A stretch of DNA of 64,000 bases from Tubulanus polymorphus. Taxonomy: Eukaryota > Animalia > Nemertea. A program made the position numbers and the translations under genes. Below, one piece after another: positions 1 to 14,115 of this stretch; within the stretch, counting starts at the first letter, position 1, and every line of letters starts with the position of its first letter. The stretch is taken from NCBI RefSeq assembly GCF_964204645.1, contig NC_134035.1:930001-994000 (forward strand). The letters are read 5' to 3'. Below the pieces are notes generated by a model. That model had not been told where the DNA came from, searched no databases, and was given only the letters and a program-made list of their open reading frames with translations.

Positions 1-314
1 CCGTAATCGTCTTTGCCATCGCCGTCGACGACGCGGAGACAAAGCGCGCTGGTTGACAATACGCGCGCGCGAATGCCACAAGTTGTCGGCGTTAATGCGA
101 TGAAATGTCCCGCGTCGTGTGAAGATAAACGTCTTACGGTGAGAACGAGAGACAGAGAGCTGAACGTTACCGGCGCTTATACTTGTAGCGCTTGATCGGT
201 AAGCTGTTGTCTGATGATGCTACTACACCGGCATCAAAGCTTATTACGTACATATCAACCTCTCTGTTCTACACTTGTCACTTGAATTTGACTCAAAAAG
301 TAATTATAACGTTA

Positions 315-620
315 CAGGGTGGCGCCACTTACCTGGAAATCAGGGAAAAGTCAGGGAATTTTCTTTTCTTGGAAAAAAGTCAGGTTAGTCATGGAATTTG
401 GTGAAATAGCTAAATATCAGGAAAACTTTGGGGAAATTTGTTGAGATTGTTAGGTCGCGCTTAGTTAAATAATTTCTGTCTATGTCTTACTTATTTGACT
501 GTGTTAATTGATATTTGACTGTGTTAATTGATATTTGACTGTGTTAATTGATTCGATTCTTAGCAGATCAATTCAGGGAAAACAACGTGCATGTCAGGGA
601 ATAGTCGGAGGGAAAAGGCA
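315..620 (+). mobile_element. MITE family A, 5' part
   Basis: CAGGGTGGCGCCACTTACCTGGAAATCAGGGAAAAGTCAGGGAA; same start as the copies at 14116 and 24229. Confidence 0.7.
492..551. repeat. 20-bp tandem repeat x3
   Basis: (TATTTGACTGTGTTAATTGA)3. Confidence 0.95.
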
Positions 621-1876
621 AAAATGTTTTGAGATTTTAAGATTTTGTTCATATCCTCTGTTGATATCCCTTCGGGAGAGGTTCCTGGTGTGACATAGCA
701 ACCCCTTATAGTTTGTAAACTCTGAAGATGGAAGGAAGGAAAGAAACGAGAACGGTTGTGTAAAGTGATATTGTGCGTTTTTGCCCGATAATTTCAAACC
801 TTAGCTGAATAGCCACATCAAGTGACACGAGTTTCCCTAACTTAAGGTTCGTCTTCATCAAAAACAGTCATAATAGATTTTGATGAAATATGTAGTTGTT
901 TGAGTCATCTTTTCTTGCAATAAACACTATTGGTGTATTTGCCTCTACTCACCACATGTCATTGGCTTCGAAATAATATATACGGCCAAGTGTAAGTGGA
1001 ATGATAAAGTTTTATACGCCGCTGTCAAGAATGATTGTTTTTAAATGGAATTCTCTCTCTCTATCTCTAGCTCGCTCTACTTCATAAACGTTAATGCATA
1101 ATGCATAAAATGAGAAAATAATCGCTTGTGTTATTACTAGTATATTAAATAACGTTATTTTTTCAATGCGGGACTCCTCCCCCGACGAGACGAACGAAGA
1201 AACTCATTTCTTTTCGCATTCCGTGAACTCATTTCCATACTACGACGACGACGACTGAACGACCGAGTCCTCGAAATCGGCCATCGTTTATGCGACGTAC
1301 CATTTTCGCGGCAGCCTTTTAATTCTCTGTCTCACTCTTCTCTCCGTCTGTCTCTCTGTCGGGCGTGTGACAACAAGGATCCAATCGCAAACAAATCGGA
1401 CGTATTTCGTCGCATATAAATATATGTATGAAAAGTTTGTTATCGGCGCGTTGTTGTTGTTCGTCGTCGAACGTTCTTGAGGAAACTTGTTCTAGGGCTC
1501 TCGGCGGCGTATTTCAGATCGGTCCGCGTTTATGTAAATATCTGGCTGCTGAATATTTGCCTCAAATGTGTCACTGAATGACGCAGTCGATGACATTGTC
1601 ATCCGCCACCGAGAATTCGGCATATATATATATATATATATATTCATTTGCATCTCCGACTACAAAAGATATTTGAAATCAGGAGCCGCTGAAAAGTGGT
1701 TCTTTCTCTATTGATTGTGTTATTTACAAGTCAAGTTCTGCCTTGTAACTTGTCAGCCGGAGTTTGGAATTTCACCGGGAACTGAAGCCAAGTTCCAAGG
1801 TTATGACGAGAAAAACTAAGTCAAAGAGACTTGAATCTTAAGAGGGAAAAATGAACGACTTCTAAAAATCGTGATG

Positions 1877-2099
1877 AGGCTAAAAAAAATCGATACCTTG
1901 TTTCTCCGCTCTGATGAGCTTAAAACTTGACCCGGCCGGCCGCCTATCTACCCTATACATTACTTTTTTTAAATCGTGATCAATTTTACCATAACAGACC
2001 CGGCCGCTATAGAAATTAACTGTTTACAAATTTTATCATATTTTTCAAAAATGACCCGGCCAATTATAGGAGAAACAAGGTATCATTTTTGTTTAGCCT
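1877..2099. mobile_element. TIR MITE family E
   Basis: AGGCTAAAAAAAATCGATACCTTGTTTCTCC ... GGAGAAACAAGGTATCATTTTTGTTTAGCCT. Confidence 0.8.
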
Positions 2100-4084
2100 A
2101 AGTTGTAGAGAGATGAATTGTTGTAAGACAAAGTCTTTGATCTATATATGAGACAATTTGGCCTGTGCTTAATCAGAGAACGCTTCAGGACCAACTTTTT
2201 AGTGGAGTCAGGCCAAATTACTCGTGTGATCACAGCTACTGAAAAGATGTAACTTCAATAACATTTGATTCCACATTTGGTTCCACAATTATCGATGTTA
2301 AGATTGACTCTTGATAAACACATTATTAGTCAATATTCAATGAAGTCTTTCTTTTCTAACGCGGTCGCTGCCTGACAATAATATCTCGGAAACTTGCATC
2401 TTGATACTCATGTCTTCAATTATCCTATTTGCTTCTCAATCCATTCTAAACGCAGCTCTTCTCTGGGGCTTTCTGCCTTCGAAAGACCCCTGTTCGTCCG
2501 AACTTCATTAAAGGAAATTTCATTACAACCATTCGCGGGAATGGCGCAATTTCAAGACTTTTTAATTACGTCGTGCTCTTGTGAAATATGAATAAGTCGT
2601 CGCTGATGTTGATAAACTGTTATTCGTTCGGTTCATTGCGTGATGATGAAGTCGACAGCGTGAATAAAAACTGTCTAGTTTGTTAATTTTGTTTCCCAGT
2701 GACCGTAATGAATGCATTCTCATTGTTAAGTTGACACAATTCCGATATTTAGTGTCATTTATAAGCGCGCGGTTTTTGCATTTAGCCGTTGTGCGTTTCA
2801 TTGTCATCTCGGTTTGAAGGATAACATACCCATATCTCTCTCTCTCTCTCGCACTCTCTCGCTCTCTCGCTCATCTCTTGGGGGGCTTTATTAGTTATTC
2901 ACAATAGTAGCACTGCTACTGCCATTTCCAATTCAAAAATTCAGACACATACATATGTATATATACTTTTAATGGTAGTTGTTCCCATCAGAATTTTGCC
3001 GTTTGAAATACTTGAGAATTAGATGAATGAATAAGTTCAACAATCGAACAATCTACCGTTTACCAGGTTTAAGAGTGTTTTATTCGAAGACTAACTTTGA
3101 GTGGGTCTAGGAAAATTGGAGGGCAGGAGTCAAGAAAAGAGCGCAATTTTCAGATAAAGCAGCCATGTCAAAGGCAACTAGGGCTTGGTATCTTTGATGA
3201 AATACTTGTCCTAAAAGATGCAATTTTCGCAAAGGATGAGTATCGAATGTACATGTCTTACAATCTCTCTTGTCTTGGTGAAAAGGGCAACCTCAGTTGG
3301 AAGGCAGTGGTCCGGAGCCCTGAGATCCACCCCTGTACTGGCATTCAAACTAAACTATCATGAAAACCAGATTGAAGCACCAGAAGTTGCGTTAATGTAG
3401 AAAATGCTGAACTGGACGTTGTGTAGCATTTGGAGAAATGCTGAAAATCCTGATTGGGTGTAATGACAAATGGACGATACGGACACCACGTGGCAGTACG
3501 AGTTTTCAGTTGCCGCTAATGGGTTATTTTTTGTTGCCTCATTATATCATTTGTTTTCTCACTATTTGAATTGCTACCTGAGTAAGAGGGGGCTAGGCAG
3601 ACGGATGAAGCACTTACCGTTAAAGACTGGTTCTTCCTCTTTACCTTGTGTGCGTAAGACTTGACGTGCTGCCTTTTAAGCCGCATTCAATGGAGAATTA
3701 AACAATAAACGCGAGGTATAATGGGCTGAAGCAATTAAACCCTGTACAATGTATCAACAGCGTTTAGACTTTGTGTCAACAATAATGGCAACAATCTGTC
3801 AACAATGCCAAAGCATAAGCGAGCCTGGTGCAACTTCTGTTGAAGTGGACTTGTTCCTGATTTATTGTTAATGAACGGTTTAATGGAGGTTCCCTGTCTT
3901 GAAAGAGAACTAATCTCCTAACTACTCGCTACTGTAAATTCTCTTCTTATGTAAACTTTGGCTCGGGACTTTTAGATGTATCAATATTCACAATGGATTT
4001 CGCTTCGATGAAGAGGGTCTGGTGCTTAAAATGAAAGAGTTCAGTTCCCAAGTGTAAACAACTGCATCTGGGTATCCTGAGTAG

Positions 4085-4340
4085 AATTTAGCCCGTGCTC
4101 AAACAATGAGCATGTTCGCAATATGTAGCTCGTTATGAAAATGTAATTGATTCAAAATGCTGCTCTGTGGCAAGTGAGTCACTTCCAGAACCGGTTAGTA
4201 TTCACATGAAATAATTCGTCACTGGGCCTTGTCCACGTCCACCATTCATTGGTTGGGACAAATATGCTCCGCGTCGAGCAGGCTTGGACCTGTTTGGCAT
4301 CAGTGTGAACTGATGGTACGGGCTAAATATTACCTGGGTA
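4085..4340 (+). mobile_element. MITE family B, degenerate copy
   Basis: AATTTAGCCCGTGC, GTGAGTCACTTCCAGAACCGG, GGGCCTTGTCC and GTGAAC motifs in family order. Confidence 0.6.
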
Positions 4341-5071
4341 AATGGAACATGGGATTCTGACTTATCGTTTTTGCAATTTTTGATTATTGAGACTTCACCT
4401 GAGACATGTTTTCTTTGTACTTGAAAATAACTTTGCAATAGATATTTCTTGCCTAACCCCTGAAAACTTTCAGGAGTTCAAATATTCTGATGACAAGATA
4501 ATTATCATCATCGGTGTTGTATTTACTCTTGATAAGTACCTATGCCATTACTGATTCGTGGAATTCCAAGACAAAACGTAAATATTCGCGAGTTCTGGTG
4601 CCGGAAAACTTTGTCACGTTGCCTCCATTCGCTAGAAGAATAATAGTCAGACATATCCATCCGGCTTTTAAGACTATCTTCAATTCATATATGGTTTTCA
4701 TCATAAGTATTTGTTGAAGCATTAGGAATCAAGTTTATTTTGTTCACCCGTGTCAGACGCACCCTCAAAGCGTCAGATACTTTGTCCGTATAAGTCGTTA
4801 TTATATACTTTGTCTATTCTTGAGTAGAAAGATTCCACTTCTTTTCATTCGGATTCAATCTTTTTGGGTTAAGTTTTAAATGAAGAAAGTTGCGAGAAGT
4901 TGTTTACCGACTGTCGTCGTCATCGTCGTCGATGGATGATTTATTCGGAAGTTTGAATTCAGAGTCATTTTTCTGTGCGTCACTAATAGCTTCAATTCTA
5001 AATTCAGTGTTTACAGGAGACTTCTATGAACATAAGTAGCTTGAAGAATTGGTATAGTGATTAATAGTTTA

Positions 5072-5482
5072 AAGCCGTGTGTATTTTTTGGCCGGGTCAA
5101 ACTTGGCCCTCGCCAAATTATGCCCGGAACAGCTGTTCATACGAATGCCAATTGGACTTGTGCCTGTTTGGCTAGGTAAAGGGATCGAAACCAGGAGCCA
5201 GTTAATCAGTGGATAACTGAAATAGTATTTAATACAATTGTATTGTGTTCATCCAATGTGGAAGGCCACATGGATAGTGAAGCTATGCAGCATGTCGGCA
5301 CCATGTAATATTACCCTATTTGTGACGGGACATTGTCCCTTATGTACCATTAGCGTGCTAAAATTTGGTCGGGCCTGGTCCAAAGTTTTTGGCCCAGGTC
5401 AAATACGTGTTTGTCATTCATGTGAACAGTTATTCCGGGCTTAATTTGGCACAGGCCTAAAATGCTCGTACGATCGCGACTA
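5072..5482. mobile_element. Two inverted family B 3' ends (5072-5172 and ~5350-5482)
   Basis: GCCAAATTATGCCCGGAACAGCTGTTCA is the approximate reverse complement of TGAACAGTTATTCCGGGCTTAATTTGGC. Confidence 0.6.
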
Positions 5483-6341
5483 TGTATTTTTAGATTGCTA
5501 TTTTAAGCTGTATAAACAGTTATATGTTTATTAATATTTCTTATTATTCACAGTTCGTTGAGATTTACAATCAGTAGAGAATGGAAGAAACAACGCCCTG
5601 TTGGTTTATATAATCGATGGTTTAAATGATACGAACGGCGTCGCGTGCGCTATCGCCGAATAGATCGGTCGTTGTCGTAATAACCGACGACGTTGATTTC
5701 GGATGAAGATGCCACTCGCGAAAAAAAAATGACTACTCGAAAAAAAATCGAATTTCAATTTGTTGAAAGCGCCGGATAATACCGAGGACTAGAAAGGCAA
5801 TATCGCGTATGTACGACGGGCGATATTCGATATATTACGAGTGAATCGGTTTTGATTGAAATTCTAGAGGAATACATTATGTATTAGTGTTTTGAAATTT
5901 CCTGCGGGAAACAATTGAAAACGCTCTTAACGCATTTCGATTCATCAACTCAATTTTCTTGTTTTTTTTTATCATCGATTTGTCGTATTTTTAGGTTGTT
6001 AAATGACTGTAATCACGCGACGAATGATGACGTGCTAATTTAGGCGGTGGTTAGAATAAGTTTAATATTTCATCGATTAATTTTTTGTTCATTTGTCGTA
6101 GACTTGGGGGAAGAATATGATAGGCGTTGCTGTGGGTGTTATTATATGGGTCCTCCTTGATTACTAATTGTTTTATACAAAAATATAGGGTTTGACCCCC
6201 ATTAGTTACTGATGAGGAGCATTTTTCCGTTGGTTCAGTGAAATATTCCTGTAAACATTTCTAATCAGATTTTTGTACTGGTCTTATACAATGGGCTGGA
6301 GGAACAATACTTTTCAATTTTGGAGTCAATGGTTACATTGA

Positions 6342-6442
6342 CAGGGCAAACTTGGCGAAAACTTGGGGAATTTGACCCAAAACCTGGCAAACTTATGGAA
6401 AATTCAGGGAATTTGTAAATGGGTTGAAAGTGGCGCCACCCT
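6342..6442 (+). mobile_element. MITE family A, 3' part
   Basis: Ends CAGGGAATTTGTAAATGGGTTGAAAGTGGCGCCACCCT, like 25459-25496. Confidence 0.7.
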
Positions 6443-7061
6443 CACTGAGCATCTCCTTCATTACCGGTTTCTTTCATATATATTTCGATGAAATGCTAGA
6501 CATCGGTAAAGGTCAGGCTCAAGGTCATAATAGAACGTTCAGAACTTATGTACGGTTGACAAATGACTGCGTTGGGAGAGAATGGTTTCAGTAGCCGTTA
6601 AAACAGGACGAGCAGCAGAATGTCGACGGAACAAACATCGCTCCCCTAATGGCAGTTTAATACTAGGAAAGACTTTGTTTTAATCAACAAACAAACGGCA
6701 TCCGCGTCTTAATCGCTTGTGAAAACCTATCAATCCGACAAATGAGCGTTGTTTTTCGCGCGCCGACAAAACCGTTAAGGCAATTGCCGCGGCTGCGGCG
6801 TTCGGCTGGGCGATTCGTACTAACGTTGTCGTCCGTCATTAATGCAATGTGAAGACGTCGCCCCAACGCGCGAGCAGGAAACTGGTCAATTTGTTCCGTT
6901 TTTGTATTGTCATTTGCGCTACGAAACGCATTAAATTTCGCGCAATCGCGCGAGATTAAAACAGCGTTTTAAATACGCGATTTGAGATTTGAGAATGTCT
7001 CTGTTTTGTTATAGATTTGCTACTTTCATCTTGTGGCTAAAAATATTTGCATTTATCTTTG

Positions 7062-7132
7062 TCTGTTTAGCATGAAAAGCCTTTTTCGAAGCAAACTTTG
7101 CATCGAAAAAGGGTTTTTTCATGCTAAGCAGA
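7062..7132. repeat. ~70-bp imperfect hairpin
   Basis: TCTGTTTAGCATGAAAAGCCTTTTTCGA ... TCGAAAAAGGGTTTTTTCATGCTAAGCAGA. Confidence 0.85.
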
Positions 7133-8127
7133 ACATTACTACACAGTTAATTTGCATCTATGAATTCTACTCCGACTAATCTAACGAGTTCATGTCTAAA
7201 TAGCGTTGATTTTCATTGCATACATACTTCATGCCCCAATTCCCGAGACCGCCCCGACCCCTTGGATGCATACATACTAACTTAATAGATAACCCTTTAC
7301 CAAATATTCTATAACTTCATTTATATGCTGCAACGATGCAACTCAAGGTTTGAAACAATCCCTGAAATAGGCATAAAACCCATGATAGACTAGCAGGCGC
7401 ATTTTATCATTGAATTTACTCTGTTGAGTTGATTTTTGCCAGATTTTACCCGTTGTGGGTCAGGACGCGATGCGAATCAAGTGTATCGTCGCCTAAACAT
7501 GTCGTCATTGGTCTACTGACTTCAAACGCGTGCAAATAATTTGCCAAAGAAATTCTGTCTCTCACAAGCTTCGAACAGCGCACCATCTGTTGTTTAAAAG
7601 TTTTCAAACTTAAAACGCTATTTGTTTTATTTCGGTATACTGTGATAGATAATGGTCGATTGATGAAATCAAACGCATCGGTGAAAGTTTCCATTTGACG
7701 AGTTTATCGGGGATAGTAGTTTATATCTGATACCGCGTCTATTTCGGTGACGTTTCTGACGTCAAACTATCGCGTATCTGTATCTGTGTCTGTGTCGTAA
7801 CCAACGATGCGTGTTTAACATCTACGAATTTACAGTTAATAGAATAATGGCGCATTAAATGCGGGCGATAAAATAATTGCCACGCGTCGCACGCTCGGAT
7901 AACAATTGACCCGAGAACCGCGCCCCGAAATGATAAATATGTAACCAATTAATGTATAAAATGCACAGATTTATTGAAGCGTGGTCGAAATGAATTTGCT
8001 ACATAATCTGAGTTCACACGCCTGTGGATGTCTTTTTGATGGATGAGCAAAAAATTGCTCGTTTTCATGATTTCTTCAGGCGCTAGGTCGACTTGTGTTG
8101 CAACGAAGCGTTTCGGTCAAACGTGAC

Positions 8128-8264
8128 CAGGGGCTGCAGTTGCTGAAAAGTTGGTTGAAGATAATCAGCGGATAGATACCATAGTAACAATGAACTTTCA
8201 ATTGTCACTACGTCAACTATCCACTGGTTAATTCTAACCAACCTTTGAGCGACTGCAGCCCTTG
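8128..8264. mobile_element. Hairpin MITE family C
   Basis: Long imperfect inverted repeat with the internal ATACCATAGTAACAATGAA shared with 31944. Confidence 0.8.
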
Positions 8265-9187
8265 ATTGTCAACAAACTCGTCATTTGTCAGTTGCGCAAA
8301 AGTGCGTATATCTTGGTCGGACTGGGAGATGTTGTGTCACGCTGTAGAAAGTAGAACATGTGTGACTCCACGTTGCAACTGGCTAGGCTGGTAGTCGCTA
8401 GGGTGTATAGGTCGTTGCGACGCTGGTGGTCGCACAGAGAATTGTGTTGCGAGTCATCGCTAGATTGATCTATGCGCCTGGCTTTAGATATATTCTTTGC
8501 TGCTTTGGATTGGTCTTGAAGTTGTTAGATCAACTGTAGACACAAGCTTAGACCGATCTTAAACTCAAATATTTACCGTGAAACTGTGAAACAGAATTTT
8601 TCTGGCCTCATTTCATAATTTAAGCATATACCATTCAATGTCTATTGTCTATTTTCATGTATTCTATGACAATTCCAAAGATCTGAATCGTACAGATATT
8701 TTGTCAACTATTTTTACACGTTAACAACAGAATCACGCAACTCTAATAATAATTAAAGCTCAGTGTTAATAACTATTAATTATGGTTTCTTTTATCAAAC
8801 GGAAAGTTTGCGCCAGCGCCAACGCGTGACACGTAGCTCTTCATGTCTCTCCCTCTTTCTCTTGTCTCTCTCTCTCTAATTGACAGGTATTATTTTTTTC
8901 AGTTATAGATTATAGTTTAAGGCAAGTCGTCTGTCAGTTTGTACTGCGTATATGTATATCTTTATTTGCAGTACGCGCGGCCGCCCGAGGGACATCGCTT
9001 TGAAACTGCGTTTATACAATTAAGTATTATTATAAAACCGTGTATAATTACGTTGTTCGATCTTACGTAAATTGTTTGTTCTTCTCTTGTAACAAATGTG
9101 GTCGAAGAGTTGAAACTTTTTCGCATTACAGACTGAGAGAATTGTATCATTGATTGATAGGAAAAGGAGAAGAGATGGAGAAGGATG

Positions 9188-9423
9188 GGAGACGATTTGG
9201 CATGGATCAGGCCCAAGTAAAATTTGGCCCTAATTTAAGAGCGCGTTCACACAATGCTTAACAAAACCAAGTGAGCCACTTCCAGGAACCAGTTGCAATT
9301 TTTTGACCCATGCTAAAGAATTTGAGTCGGGCCTGGTTCAAAGTTTTTGGTCGGGCCAAACAGTCACTGGCCCATTTGGCATCCATGTGAACAGTTGTTC
9401 AAATAGGCTCCTGTGATCGCGGC
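9188..9423 (+). mobile_element. MITE family B copy
   Basis: Same internal motifs; ends GTGATCGCGGC-taa. Confidence 0.75.
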
Positions 9424-11166
9424 TAAGGAGTGGATGAAAGTCGAAGAGACGGTTTTGTCATGCACGCAGTCATGATCGCAAAATTGCCTGAAGTATTTTG
9501 TTATTTCAAACGTGCAAAAAAAAGCCAAAACTTATCATTATTTCATACCTTTAACTTTATTATGAGCATATTTTTAAACGCTATGTAATCAAACACGCGA
9601 AATTGCGGGACTTCACACAATTTCCCGGGTGCGAAACAACAAAAACACGTTCGGGACACCTTCGAGAAAATTGCAACGCGTTCGGCTTTTGTAAGATTAT
9701 TATCAAAGTCAAATTGTTGGCATGCCGGGCGTTGTATAGGGCTTCGTATTAAGCGTCATTGGCGATGTGTCGCGCTCGTCTCGCGGATGAAAATTAATTC
9801 TCGATTTTATCAAAGAATCGCCCGTGGCTTGTTTGAAGCTATATAAAGTTGTTTGAGAAAGTTCGCCGATCGACGTCGTCCTTGTTTTTCATACTTAACT
9901 CGATTTATTCAGCAACGGACAGGATTTTTTTATATTTTGTTTATGGGATAAAATGTAATCAACCCACGGTACCTCTACCCCTCCTGCCCATCCCCCACAT
10001 CTCCCTACCCTCTCCAGCCCATCCCCCTACCCCTTCCTGGTCAGTAAAATCACACGATCAAACATAATGAACTCGACCATCCTACTGCACCAAACTTGTC
10101 TACAATTAAGCAGACTTGTTCCAGTTATCTGTTAGGTTTTCTTACGCATATATGACAACCACTGACCATGGGGACTAGTTCTATTTGTCTAACCGGTTAG
10201 CACACTTTCTTTAAGACCTAGTGAGTGTGCGTAATATCACTGTCACTTCTTGATCGTTACAGTTTGATCAGCCCAAATTTGAGTGGCATTTTTGGTTATT
10301 TGACCTTTGAAATGAATCCTATATTTTAAGCTCAATCCTCGGCACAGTCCGGGGCTGAATATGAGGAAATCCCTGGTTTACCTAATCAATTAAAACATTG
10401 GAAGGTAACTTAAATCAAGAGATGCTGATCAGTTTGAACTCGCTCGCGGCGTGGGTGCATTTATTGCGCAAAACAACTTCTGTATAGGTATTTACCAGTT
10501 TTTCGCCGCAAAAAAATGAAATGAATGTTGTCGGCTTTCAGAATCGCCAATAATACGCGGACAAACGAATGTCGGTTCTATAGTAACCACACCTAAAACC
10601 ACCATTAGTCGTCAATGCACGTTTTGTTCGTCGTAAACAATGACGCCACGACTACGAGAATAATCGAGCACGATATTTCATTTGTCGATTGCGGCCGGCG
10701 CGATTTTTTGTTCCGTCCATTTTGTTTCAATCGCGTCGACGAGCTTAATATATCTCGTAAAGCTCGCTCTCGTCGTGTATTACGACGACGAGATAATGAA
10801 ATTATAATTCGTTATTGATTTTATCTCGGGCGATTGAAAAAAAAAAAACCTCCCGCGAACCGGCATCGCACGCGGGGGAAAATGAAACGCGATCGGTCCG
10901 TTCGAACAATACCGCGTCGAGTAATGGCGTAACACGCGACAATGAGACCCAACTTCGCCGGTAATGGAACGCTACCGTTCGCGGACAATGCGAAAAAACG
11001 GCGGCCATTGTACGCGGTATAATACATGTCAGGGATTAGCGCGTACGCCCGGGCTCTCGGCTTAACGATGAAAGAATGATGGAGTCGAAATCGCGCGGTA
11101 ACAATGTCGCATTGTCGGCGGGTATAATTGCGTCGGTTGCGTTGGATTTTTAAACGCTGTGGAGTA

Positions 11167-11356
11167 AGGCTGAAATAAAACGATACCTTGTTTCTCGGAA
11201 TCGGCCGGGCCACTCTGTTCACTGCAATGAAATTTGTAATCAATTCATTTCTATAGCTATCATGATTTGAAAGTTTCGTGGTAAATGAGGCGTCTGCTCC
11301 GGTCAACTTTTAAGCCCAGCCGAAATGAGAAACACAGTATCTATTTTTTTTATCCT
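11167..11356. mobile_element. TIR MITE family E
   Basis: AGGCTGAAATAAAACGATACCTTGTTTCTC ... GAGAAACACAGTATC; interior similar to 23124-23329. Confidence 0.75.
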
Positions 11357-11849
11357 AAGTCGGGTGTTTTGTTGTTGGTATTGACTACGAGCTCGGCGCG
11401 TGATATCGTATTCACACCGCGCCACGGCGCACGGATGTGCCGGTATTTGCTCGGTCCATCAGATACTCGTTGAATTTGGCGCCTAATGATAAATGTTCAC
11501 GGTATACGTCGTTGAATTAGTATCAATGACTCGTTTTATAATGGAATGAGATGATATTTTTTGGTCACCACTATTTCCCACTATGAACGATGAATTAATT
11601 TTCAATCCTCTAATCACCGATAGAAATAACTGATATTTCAGAATGGTTCGTTGTGTTGAGTCAGGGATTAGTCGAAAGTTTTTGAATATTGATTCTCATC
11701 TAGGGGGTGATTATCAGGCGTACAGGACCATTCCATAGATTTGAGGTTGACATTTTTGTCAAAACACAGAGAGCGATTATTCAAAGCTGCAAATTTAACA
11801 ATCGTCTTCTGTTAATCAGAAATTTGTTCAAGCCTTGCTTTGCTTCTAT

Positions 11850-12210
11850 AGCGATTTGGCCCGGGTCAAACTGGCTTGGACCAGCCCTGAGTCAGATTTA
11901 GCCCTCGTAATATACGTACATGACATAAATCATTCCTGATAAATAAATTGATACTAAAATGTTATCAAAACAAAATCTGTGGCAAGTGAGGTGAGCCACT
12001 TCCACAACCAGATAGTATCCAAGTGGGTTGACTTAACTCCATGTACCATAGAAACGGTTGGAGTATAAAATAAAATCCTTATCATTAATCCATGGTAAAA
12101 TTTTGTGGTATGGACCTGGTCAGACGTTTTTCGTCTGGCTTCATTTAGCCCTTGTCAACCAGGCCTTTTTGTGTGACCAATTCACACGGGCCATTTGACC
12201 TCGTGCGATG
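11850..12210 (+). mobile_element. MITE family B, degenerate copy
   Basis: GCGATTTGGCCCGG, GTGAGCCACTTCC and GGACCTGGTC motifs. Confidence 0.55.
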
Positions 12211-12577
12211 CTAATGTAGGGAGGTGTTTATGAGAGATGTATGAAAATTGTGAGATTGAACCGGATGCAATTGTTGTATACAATACGTGCGATTGTATCG
12301 ATAATATTCGTCGACACAATCACAAATCAAGCGCGAATTTGAATTAAGACGCGATATTGTCGACTGATTTATCAATAAATCGCTTTACATATTCTCCCCT
12401 CTCTCTCATTGTTCGATCGTGCGCGCGTCTGTCGTCGTCGTCACCTCTTGAGATTTCATTTCAATACAAGACAGGTTGTTGTTGCACCTCGGGTTCATCG
12501 ATGATTGTCATCGGACCGGGGTATTTATTATATTATAAGTGGGTTTCTTATCACGTACAGGAATTCAGAGACAGAAA

Positions 12578-12822
12578 GCCGCGGTCACATGGAGACGATT
12601 AGACCCTGATCAGACCTGAGTCAAATTTGGCCCGTGCCTAAATATAGAGTGCGTTCCCAATATTTGAATGAAGCGAAGTGAATCATTTTCGGAAACTGTA
12701 GCAATTTATACTTATTAATTTGACCTCTGCTAAAATTTGGCTCGGGCCTGGTCCGACGTTCTTGGTTGGGCCGTGCTTTTTGAACAGCTGTTTCGGGACA
12801 AAAATGCTCATGTGCTCGCGGT
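12578..12822 (+). mobile_element. MITE family B (GCCGCGATCACAC-type TIRs; PIF/Harbinger-like), near-complete copy
   Basis: Ends GCCGCGGTCACA / TGTGCTCGCGGT; internal motifs AAATTTGGCCCGTGCC, GGGCCTGGTCC and TGAACAGCTGTT are shared with other copies. Confidence 0.75.
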
Positions 12823-14115
12823 TTATTAGTGAGTCTTGCGTAGTAGGAAAAGGAATTCCTAGAGACAAAGAATGGAGAGAGAGAGAGTACCTGTATCTTC
12901 AGTCAATAATTCATTATCTATTCACATCTTAATTAATAGGATGACGGTTCACGTGTGGTTGAAATATGGCCCGCGGACAGACAAATGGACATCGATACCC
13001 CGGTGTTGTTATGTGAGTGTGTATTGTTACCTCAAGTGACAATAATTACACGCAGAGATTTTGTCTCTAGCGCGCCCCAACGAGAATCGCGTGAGAAATT
13101 CATAAATATCGGTGATGATGGCGACGATGAAGACTTTTATCTCTTGGCGAGTGCGCGTTGATTGACCACTGTCCGGTGATGGTCAGTTGATTGACCATCA
13201 TTGACCGCTTGCTGTATGAATATTGGTGTATATTAGACGCTTGATTGTCGAGTAAGCGTAGCACTCATATCGAGTTGATATATTCGATATTAGTCAGATG
13301 ACCGACGACGACGATGCTCTCTTCGTCCATTCATTATTTACCACTCGCTCGGCGCTGATTCTGTTAATCATACGGCGCGTGTTATGTTCGTTCGCAAAAG
13401 AAAAAAAATGTGAAAATGTGTCGGCAGAGAAACCCTGTCGAAGAAAAACTATGAGAGTATTGTCGTTAGGAACTGAACGCAAAAAAGGGTCTCTCGAAGT
13501 TGAAATTGATTTGTCTGGCTCCCACTGTCTTATACCTAGTCTGCTCATTGAGGTTACCTTTTCATGTAACACTGATACTCCTCTCAGAATCAAATGCTTT
13601 TTGGACATATTTTCCTAAAATTTACCCATCAAATTTCCCCCTGTTAATGTCGGGAATTGAAGCTGTCTGTTATACATCAAATATTGGTCGTTCTTCAGCT
13701 CTGTAGCGCTCATGCTCATCTTACTCGGGACCTGGATCATTGATTATTGCAACCCTTAGCCCACAGTTGAATGTAGTTCATTTTCAATGATTTTAACTCA
13801 TTGTTTAGGAGAAAAAAAACGCGTCTGCTCTTTGTGTAATGTATAGTGTATTCAGTAACTGAGCACCGTTCTTAGTTTTGTTTGCTGAAACGCTACCGAA
13901 CTGTGTGCGAGTTATTACAGAATGAACACCATAATGAAAAAGAAGCATTCACAGAACATCGTTAACTACCTCATTACAAAAACAACAATCAGTTCTCTTC
14001 TCTGCTCCGTTAATCTAGGTGACCTGATTTAATTACGAAAGACTATTCTTGTTATTCCCTCTCTCTTCTTTTCTCGCTCATCCACGCTTCTGTGGTTCGT
14101 TCATTTATTATCGGC

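Noticed and set aside
206-248. CTGATGATGC...GCATCAAAGCTT hammerhead-like word
   Set aside because: Lacks GAAA in register and no stem I can form.
10821-11306. 161-aa minus-strand ORF
   Set aside because: Runs across a MITE and a CpG-rich block; the Arg-rich translation is typical of a chance frame.
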